DNA from: Macrostomum lignano
Lineage: Eukaryota
DNA: 64,000 nucleotides
Direction of reading: 5' to 3'
NCBI GenBank assembly: GCA_002269645.1
Contig: NIVC01000600.1
Coordinates: forward strand, 62,001-126,000
Shown here: positions 62,975 through 64,000 of the stretch, piece after piece
How positions within the stretch are numbered: position 1 is the stretch's first letter
How the letters are laid out: every line of letters starts with the position of its first letter
Translations under genes and position numbers: made by a program
Notes under the pieces: generated by a model
What the model was told of the DNA's origin: nothing
The model's input: the letters and a program-made list of their open reading frames with translations, nothing else
The model's database searches: none

Positions 62975-63067
62975 CCGGGTTCACGAGACTGCAACGAGGA
63001 TAAACTTCGTATATATATATACATACGGCCCCATGCCCTCTGTAGCGACTATGCACAATTTATTGCC

Positions 63068-64000
63068 CTCCTACCCCCAACCGTAGATAAGCGGCCCCCT
63101 ACCCCCAACCGTAGATAAGCGGCCCCCTACCCCCAACCGTAGATAAGCGGCCCCCTACCCCCAACCGTAGATAAGCGGCCCCCTACCCCCAACCGTAGAT
63201 AAGCGGCCCCTACCCCAACCGTAGATAAGCGGCCCCCTACCCCCAACCGTAGATAAGCGGCCCCCTACCCCTAACCGTAGATAAGCGGCCCCCTACCCCC
63301 AACCGTAGATAAGCGGCCCCCTACCCCCAACCGTAGATAAGCGGCCCCCTACCCCCAACCGTAGATAAGCGGCCCCCTACCCCCAACCGTAGATAAGCGG
63401 CCCCCTACCCCCAACCGTAGATAAGCGGCCCCCTACCCCCAACCGTAGATAAGCGGCCCCTACCCCCAACCGTAGATAAGCGGCCCCTACCCCCAACCGT
63501 AGATAAGCGGCCCCCTACCCCCAACCGTAGATAAGCGGCCCCCTACCCCAACGGTAGATAAGCGGCCCCCTACTCCCAACCGTAGATAAGCGGCCCCCTA
63601 CCCCCAACCGTAGATAAGCGGCCCCCTACCCCCAACCGTAGATAAGCGGCCCCCTACCCCCAACGGTAGATAAGCGGCCCCCTACTCCCAACCGTAGATA
63701 AGCGGCCCCCTACCCCCAACCGTAGATAAGCGGCCCCCTACCCCCAACCGTAGATAAGCGGCCCCCTACCCCCAACCGTAGATAAGCGGCCCCCTACCCC
63801 CAACCGTAGATAAGCGGCCCCTACCCCCAACCGTAGATAAGCGGCCCCCTACCCCCAACCGTAGATAAGCGGCCCCCTACCCCCAACCGTAGATAAGCGG
63901 CCCCCTACCCCCAACCGTAGATAAGCGGCCCCCTACCCCCAACGGTAGATAAGCGGCCCCCTACTCCCAACCGTAGATAAGCGGCCCCCTACCCCCAACC
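63068..64000 (+). repeat. 28 bp minisatellite (CTACCCCCAACCGTAGATAAGCGGCCCC), runs off the window
   Basis: Highly homogeneous tandem array. Confidence 0.97.

Overview
Eukaryotic (metazoan) genomic DNA with GC-rich exons and introns packed with minisatellites. About 45 tandem arrays of more than 30 different unit types cover roughly half of the window (my estimate from array boundaries). The style resembles a flatworm such as Macrostomum; this is an inference, not proven. Seven protein-coding genes were reconstructed by hand with phase-consistent GT-AG junctions. Plus strand: the 3' exon of an ARHGAP21/23-like RhoGAP, an intronless dUTPase, a divergent 4-exon Bora (Aurora A activator) homolog, and Rab27 (start exon unresolved). 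Minus strand: a 5-Ig Kirre/NEPH-like adhesion receptor (8 exons found, first exon missing), Erlin (4 exons) and an FBXO22-like F-box/FIST protein (4 exons). Most long ORFs in the supplied track are artefacts of satellite translation. The most interesting observations are: (1) minisatellites whose units are copies of the host gene's own exon-intron junction or stop codon; (2) degenerate 28S rRNA helix 68-69 fragments, antisense within an FBXO22 intron, with only the R2/I-PpoI cut-site segment scrambled; (3) operon-like gene runs with splice acceptors 8-16 nt before the start codons, suggesting SL trans-splicing; (4) a 13-unit array of paired TCF HMG and Helper sites; (5) a triplicated dUTPase 3' end; (6) inverted repeats flanking Bora exon 3. 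No tools were run. All homology calls come from remembered family motifs, and repeat boundaries are approximate.
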